Part shown: piece after piece, positions 61,722-64,000 of the stretch
How the letters are laid out: each line of letters starts with the position of its first letter
Numbering within the stretch: the stretch's first letter is position 1
Source: Phycisphaerae bacterium
Lineage (GTDB): Bacteria; Planctomycetota; Phycisphaerae; UBA1845
Length of the DNA stretch: 64,000 nt
Reading direction: 5' to 3'
Assembly (NCBI GenBank): GCA_022072505.1
Contig: JAJVHU010000037.1
Coordinates: forward strand, 52,773-116,772
Position numbers and translations under genes: made by a program
Notes under the pieces: model-generated
Told to the model about the DNA's origin: nothing
Databases searched by the model: none
Seen by the model: the letters and a program-made list of their open reading frames with translations, nothing else

Positions 61722-63083
61722 ATGAGTAAAGTCACCGAAAGCATGCAGGCGACGCCGCGCGGCAGCCTCTCCGTCACGCGGGAGCGGGCGATGCTGGTGG
61801 GCGTGCTGCTGCCCGCCGCGAACGTGGATCCGGCGAATCCTCTGGCGGAGCTGGCGGCGCTGGCGGAGTCGGCGGGCGCGGAGGTGGTGGACTCCCTCGT
61901 GCAGAAGCGGCTTTCGCCGCATCCGGGGCTTTTCGTCGGGACGGGGAAAGCGCGGGAGGTCAAGGATCGCGCCGACGCAGCCGAGGCCACGGTCATCATC
62001 TTTGACAATGACCTCTCTCCGCGCCAGATCCGCGGACTGGAGGAGATCGTCGAGCGCAAGATCCTGGACCGCAGCGAGTTGATTCTCGACATTTTCGCCA
62101 GCCGGGCGCGCACGCATGAGGCCCGGCTTCAGGTCGAACTCGCGCAGCTCGAGTACACGGCCCCGCGTCTGCGCGGGATGTGGACGCACCTGGAGCGGAT
62201 CGCGGGCGCGGCGGGCGGCGCGGGGGCGGGCGTCGTCGGCGGGATCGGGACGCGCGGTCCCGGCGAGCGCCAGATCGAGATCGACCGCCGGCTGGTGAAG
62301 GACCGCATCCTCCAGCTCAAGCGGGAGATTGAGGAGATCGACCGCCGCAAGCTCCGCGAGATTCGCGCGCGTGAGGATGAGTTCACGGTTTCGCTCGTCG
62401 GGTACACCAACTCCGGGAAAACGACGCTGCTGAATCGTCTGACCGGCGCGGAGCAGTTCGCCAGGGACATGCTTTTCGCCACGCTGGACACGAAGACGAC
62501 GCGGTGGCACCTCGGCGACGGCTCGCGCATCCTGCTGTCCGACACCGTCGGGTTCATCCGGGATCTGCCGCACCGTCTCGTCGCGTCGTTCCGCGCCACG
62601 CTGGAGGAGGCGATCCACGCCGACTTTCTGCTGCACGTGGTGGACGCGGCCTCTCCTTTCGCGCTGCACCAGGTGGAGTCGGTCAACGCGGTGCTGACGG
62701 AACTGGGCTGCCGGGATCACCCCTCGCTGCTGCTGCTGAACAAGCTGGACGCGGTCGTGGACGACACGAACCTGAAGATTCTGATGCACCGGTCGCCGGA
62801 GTCGCTGCCGATCAGCGCGAAAACGGGGGAGGGGCTGGAGGCGCTGGTGGAGCGCGTGCGCACGGTGATGAAGGGCAAAGTCGTCGAGACGATGCTCCGC
62901 GTCCCCGGCGCGGACGGACGGGCGATCGCGGAGATCGAGCGTTACGCGCATGTCCTCACGCGGACGTACGAGGACTCGACCGTGTTGTTCCGCGTGCGTG
63001 CGAATCAGACGCAGCTCGCGCAGCTCAAAGGGCGTCACCCGGGGCTGAAGGAGGTCGCCGAAGGTGAGGCCGCTACCCCCTGA
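61722..63083 (+). CDS. hflX: GTPase HflX
   Basis: LILDIFA.RARTHEARLQVELAQLEY, GPGE.QIEIDRR, GYTNSGKT, LFATLD, DTVGF, NKLD. Confidence 0.96.
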   Translation: MSKVTESMQATPRGSLSVTRERAMLVGVLLPAANVDPANPLAELAALAESAGAEVVDSLVQKRLSPHPGLFVGTGKAREVKDRADAAEATVIIFDNDLSPRQIRGLEEIVERKILDRSELILDIFASRARTHEARLQVELAQLEYTAPRLRGMWTHLERIAGAAGGAGAGVVGGIGTRGPGERQIEIDRRLVKDRILQLKREIEEIDRRKLREIRAREDEFTVSLVGYTNSGKTTLLNRLTGAEQFARDMLFATLDTKTTRWHLGDGSRILLSDTVGFIRDLPHRLVASFRATLEEAIHADFLLHVVDAASPFALHQVESVNAVLTELGCRDHPSLLLLNKLDAVVDDTNLKILMHRSPESLPISAKTGEGLEALVERVRTVMKGKVVETMLRVPGADGRAIAEIERYAHVLTRTYEDSTVLFRVRANQTQLAQLKGRHPGLKEVAEGEAATP

Positions 63084-64000
63084 GGCCGCCGCAAGCGCGA
63101 TCCTGGCGGTCGTTCTCGCCGCGTGCGGCGCGGCGTCCGCCCGTCAAACGTCCGGCGGCGCCTCGGACGTCTCCACGACGATCGAGGTGACCCTGACGCT
63201 CCCGGACGGCGTCGAATTCACCGGCAAGGTCGTCGATCAGGACGAACACGCCGTCATCGTTTTCGCCGACGGCGCGCCGCATGTCTTTGCGTGGCGGGAC
63301 CAGACCGGGGGGAGCGAATACCGCGTCCGGAAGGCGTTGCTGCGGATGACGCGCGGCGCGGACGGACTGACCGCCGAGGATCACTTCCGTCTCGGTGTCC
63401 GGATGCTGGAGCGGGACGAGACGCAGCTTGCAGTGAACGAGTTCCGCGACGCCGCCCGCCTCGACCGGACGTACGACGCCCGGGCCCGCGAGGCGATGTC
63501 CGCGCAGCGCGATCGCCGCACCGACTCCCCGCCGCCCGCGTCTCCCGCCGATCCGAGCGCCTTCGAAACTCCCCCTGCGTCGGGGACGGCCGAACTCCTG
63601 GAGTCGCTGGCGTCATCGTCCGACGAGCTTCGCATCCGACCGACGCCCCCGGAACAGGTCGAGGCTGTGACGGCGCGCTTCCGGGCGTTCTTTGACCCGC
63701 GACTCAAGTCGGTCATCGGTCCGGAGGTTTCGCTCGTCGAGACCGCGCATTTTCTGATCTGGACCGACCTGCCGGCGTCGCAGCGGCCGTCGCTGGCGGA
63801 CGCGGCGGAGCGGATGTACGACGCGCTGTGCCGGCAGTTCGAGTTTGACCCGGCGTCGACCGTGTTTCTGGGAAAGTGTCCGGTGTTCTGCTTCCGGTCG
63901 AAGGGGCGGTTCCTGAGGTTCGCCCGGGCGTTCGACGGTTACCGGGAAACGAACGCGGCGGGGTACACTCGGTCGGTCGAGGACCGCGGATATGTCCACG
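63064..64000 (+). CDS. Secreted protein with TPR-like motif, truncated by the window end (not in ORF track)
   Basis: Frame from GTG 63064 reads MRPLPPEAAASAILAVVLAAC..., AEDHFRLGVRMLERDETQLAVNEFRDAARLD, ETAHFLIWTD..AERMYDALCRQF; no stop seen before 64000. Confidence 0.65.
   Translation, partial: MRPLPPEAAASAILAVVLAACGAASARQTSGGASDVSTTIEVTLTLPDGVEFTGKVVDQDEHAVIVFADGAPHVFAWRDQTGGSEYRVRKALLRMTRGADGLTAEDHFRLGVRMLERDETQLAVNEFRDAARLDRTYDARAREAMSAQRDRRTDSPPPASPADPSAFETPPASGTAELLESLASSSDELRIRPTPPEQVEAVTARFRAFFDPRLKSVIGPEVSLVETAHFLIWTDLPASQRPSLADAAERMYDALCRQFEFDPASTVFLGKCPVFCFRSKGRFLRFARAFDGYRETNAAGYTRSVEDRGYVH

Overview
High-GC bacterial chromosome segment, most likely Planctomycetota (probably Phycisphaerae). 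This is inferred from eight prepilin-type genes, the PilB-PilT-PilB-PilC order, the long-ACP FabF/FabZ cluster and the REP families. Housekeeping genes include rne, an rpsA-like gene, an iscS-like gene, rsmA, rnpA, rlmN, coaE, rho, kbl and hflX. Specialised loci: (1) a KS/chain-length-factor-like type II FAS/PKS cassette; (2) three tandem DUF4139-like secreted proteins; (3) two tandem prepilin-type paralogues with a near-identical 5' 206 nt and diverged 3' parts; (4) a type IV pilus/T2SS-like operon with two PilB, PilT and five large pilin-like genes. The most unusual signal is non-coding. At 27.6-27.9 kb a 143-bp MITE (16-bp TIRs, 9-bp TSD) sits inside a 79-bp MITE (3-bp TSD), which sits inside a REP doublet. 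At 32.5-33.8 kb and 35.85-36.05 kb, five different tandem arrays are each built from one arm of the adjacent REP hairpin. No tRNA, rRNA, CRISPR-Cas, transposase or reverse transcriptase was recognised. All calls come from reading motifs by eye, with no database search.
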